A stretch of DNA of 64,000 bases from Eledone cirrhosa (taxonomy: Eukaryota): positions 69,192,001-69,256,000 of the forward strand of contig OZ024741.1 in NCBI GenBank assembly GCA_964016885.1, written 5' to 3'. The notes beneath the pieces were generated by a model. That model did no database searches and had not been told where the DNA came from. It was given only the letters and a program-made list of their open reading frames with translations. Positions 60,701-64,000 of this stretch are shown here, piece by piece (position 1 is the first letter of the stretch; each line of letters begins with the position of its first letter). The position numbers and the translations under genes were made by a program.

Positions 60701-63700
60701 CTACTACCACCACCACAACTACCATACCATTCTCAACCCCACCACTAACACTACCACCACCACCACAACTACCATACCATTCTCAACCCCACCACTAGCA
60801 CTACTACCACCACCACAACTACCATACCATTCTCAACCTCACCACTAACACTACCACCACCCCCACAACTACCATACCATTCTCAACCCCACCACTAACA
60901 CTACCACCACCACCACAACTACCATACCATTCTCAACCCACTACTAACACCACCACCACCACAACTACCATACCATTCTCAACCCCACTACTAACACCAC
61001 CACCACAACTACCATACCATTCTCAACCCCACCACTAGCACTACTACCACCACCACAACTACCATACCATTCTCAACCCCACCACTAGCACTACTACCAC
61101 CACCACAACTACCATACCATTCTCAATCTCACCACTAGCACTACTACCACAACTACCATACCATTCTCAACCCCACTACTAACACCACCACCACAACTAC
61201 CATACCATTCTCAACCCCACCAATAGCACTACTACCACCACCACAACTACCATACCATTCTCAACCCCACCACTAGCACTACTACCACAACTACCATACC
61301 ATTCTCAACCCCACTACTAACACCACCACCACAACTACCATACCATTCTCAACCCCACCACTAGCACTACTACCACCACCACAACTACCATACCATTCTC
61401 AACCCCACCACTAGCACTACTACCACCACCACAACTACCATACCATTCTCAACCCCACTACTAACACCACCACCACAACTACCATACCATTCTCAACCCC
61501 ACCACTAGCACTACTACCACCACCACAACTACCATACCATTCTCAACCCCACTACTAACACCACCACCACAACTACCATACCATTCTCAACCCCACCACT
61601 AGCACTACTACCACCACCACAACTACCATACCATTCTCAACCCCACCACTAGCACTACTACCACCACCACAACTACCATACCATTCTCAACCCCACTACT
61701 AACACCACCACCACAACTACCATACCATTCTCAACCCCACTACTAACACTACCACCACCACCACAACTACCATACCATTCTCAACCCCACCACTAACACT
61801 ACCACCACCACCACAACTACCATACCATTCTCAACCCCACTACTAGCACTACTACCACCACCACAACTACCATACCATTCTCAACCCCACTACTAACACC
61901 ACCACCACAACTACCATACCATTCTCAACCCCACTACTAGCACTACTACCACCACCACAACTACCATACCATTCTCAACCCCACTACTAACACCACCACC
62001 ACAACTACCATACCATTCTCAACCCCACTACTAGCACTACTACCACCACCACAACTACCATACCATTCTCAACCTCACTACTAACACCACCACCACAACT
62101 ACCATACCATTCTCAACCCCACTACTAACACCACCACCACAACTACCATACCATTCTCAACCCCACTACTAACACCACCACCACAACTACCATACCATTC
62201 TCAACCCCACTACTAACACCACCACCACAACTACCATACCATTCTCAACCCCACCACTAACACCACCACCACAACTACCATACCATTCTCAACCCCACCA
62301 CTAGCACTACCACCACAACTACCATACCATTCTCAACCCCACTACTAACACCACCACCACAACTACCATACCATTCTCAACCCCACCACTAACACTACCA
62401 CCACCACCACCACAACTACCATACCATTCTCAACCCCACCACTAGCACTACCACCACCACCACAACTACCATACCATTCTCAACCTCACTACTAACACTA
62501 CCACCACCACCACAACTACCATACCATTCTCAACCCCACCACTAACACTACCACCACCACCACCACAACTACCATACCATTCTCAACCCCACCACTAGCA
62601 CTACCACCACCACCACAACTACCATACCATTCTCAACCTCACTACTAACACTACCACCACCACCACAACTACCATACCATTCTCAACCCCACTACTAACA
62701 CTACCACCACCACCACAACTACCATACCATTCTCAACCCCACCACTAACACTACCACCACCACCACCACAACTACCATACCATTCTCAACCCCACCACTA
62801 ACACTACCACCACCACCACAACTACTATACCATTCTCACCCCCACCACTAGCACTTCCACCACCACCACAACTACCATACCATTCTCAACCTCACTACTA
62901 ACACTACCACCACCACCACAACTACCATACCATTTTCAACCCCACCACTAACACTACCACCACCACCACCACAACTACCATACCATTCTCAACCCCACCA
63001 CTAACACTACCACCACCACCACAACTACTATACCATTCTCAACCCCACCACTAGCACTACCACCACCACCACAACTACCATACCATTCTCAACCCCACCA
63101 CTAACACTACCACCACCACCACAACTACCATACCATTCTCAACCTCACTACTAACACTACCACCACCACCACAACTACCATACCATTCTCAACCCCACTA
63201 CTAACACTACCACCACCACCACAACTACCATACCATTCTCAACCTCACTACTAACACTACCACCACCACCACAACTACCATACCATTCTCAACCCCACTA
63301 CTAACACTACCACCACCACCACAACTACCATACCATTCTCAACCCCACCACTAACACTACCACCACCACCACCACAACTACCATACCATTCTCAACCCCA
63401 CCACTAACACTACCACCACCACCACAACTACCATACCATTCTCAACCTCACTACTAACACTACCACCACCACCACAACTACCATACCATTCTCAACCCCA
63501 CTACTAACACTACCACCACCACCACAACTACCATACCATTCTCAACCCCACCACTAACACTACCACCACCACCACCACAACTACCATACCATTCTCAACC
63601 CCACTACTAACACTACCACCACCACCACAACTACCATACCATTCTCAACCCCACCACTAGCACTACCACCACCACCACAACTACTATACCATTCTCAACC

Positions 63701-64000
63701 TCACTACTAACACTACCACCACCACCACAACTACCATACCATTCTCAACCCCACTACTAACACTACCACCACCACCACAACTACCATACCATTCTCAACC
63801 CCACCACTAACACTACCACCACCACCACCACAACTACCATACCATTCTCAACCCCACTACTAACACTACCACCACCACAACTACCATACCATTCTCAACC
63901 CCACCACTAACACTACCACCACCACCACCACAACTACCATACCATTCTCAACCTCACTACTAACACTACCACCACCACCACAACTACCATACCATTCTCA
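57730..64000. repeat. 44-53-bp minisatellite (ACTACCATACCATTCTCAACCCCACCACTA(A/G)CACTACCACCACCACCACA), more than 6 kb, runs off the window
   Basis: Period is 50 at 59221-59400; units differ by CAC triplets. Confidence 0.98.

Noticed and set aside
57730-64000. Telomeric repeat
   Set aside because: No (TTAGGG)n; the unit is a CAC-derived minisatellite of about 50 bp.

Overview
This is AT-rich animal genomic DNA, not prokaryotic. The repeat families are typical of octopus/coleoid cephalopods; that assignment is inferred from recalled SINE and LINE sequences, not from a search. No intact host CDS is visible, and the long ORFs in the track are artefacts of triplet-based satellites. The window looks like part of one or more very long introns. 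Retroelements include two near-identical, inverted, 5'-truncated RTE LINEs, older RTE remnants, an L1/Tx1-type 3' end with a 14-bp TSD, two CRE-type RLE remnants and Penelope-like remnants carrying minimal hammerhead ribozyme motifs. There are several tRNA-derived SINE families, a mariner remnant, piggyBac- and Tc1/mariner-type MITEs, and about 20 kb of mini/microsatellites. The best leads are: (1) a textbook recursive-splice (AG|GTAAGT) site with a 30-nt RS-exon at 39061, plus a 16-nt microexon candidate at 6986, both on +; (2) swapped flanks suggesting the 15-kb segment between the two RTE copies has been inverted; (3) a set of type-I hammerheads and a fold-back half-hammerhead element family sitting in (TA)n; (4) two SINE-LINE partnerships; (5) snapshots of minisatellite birth.
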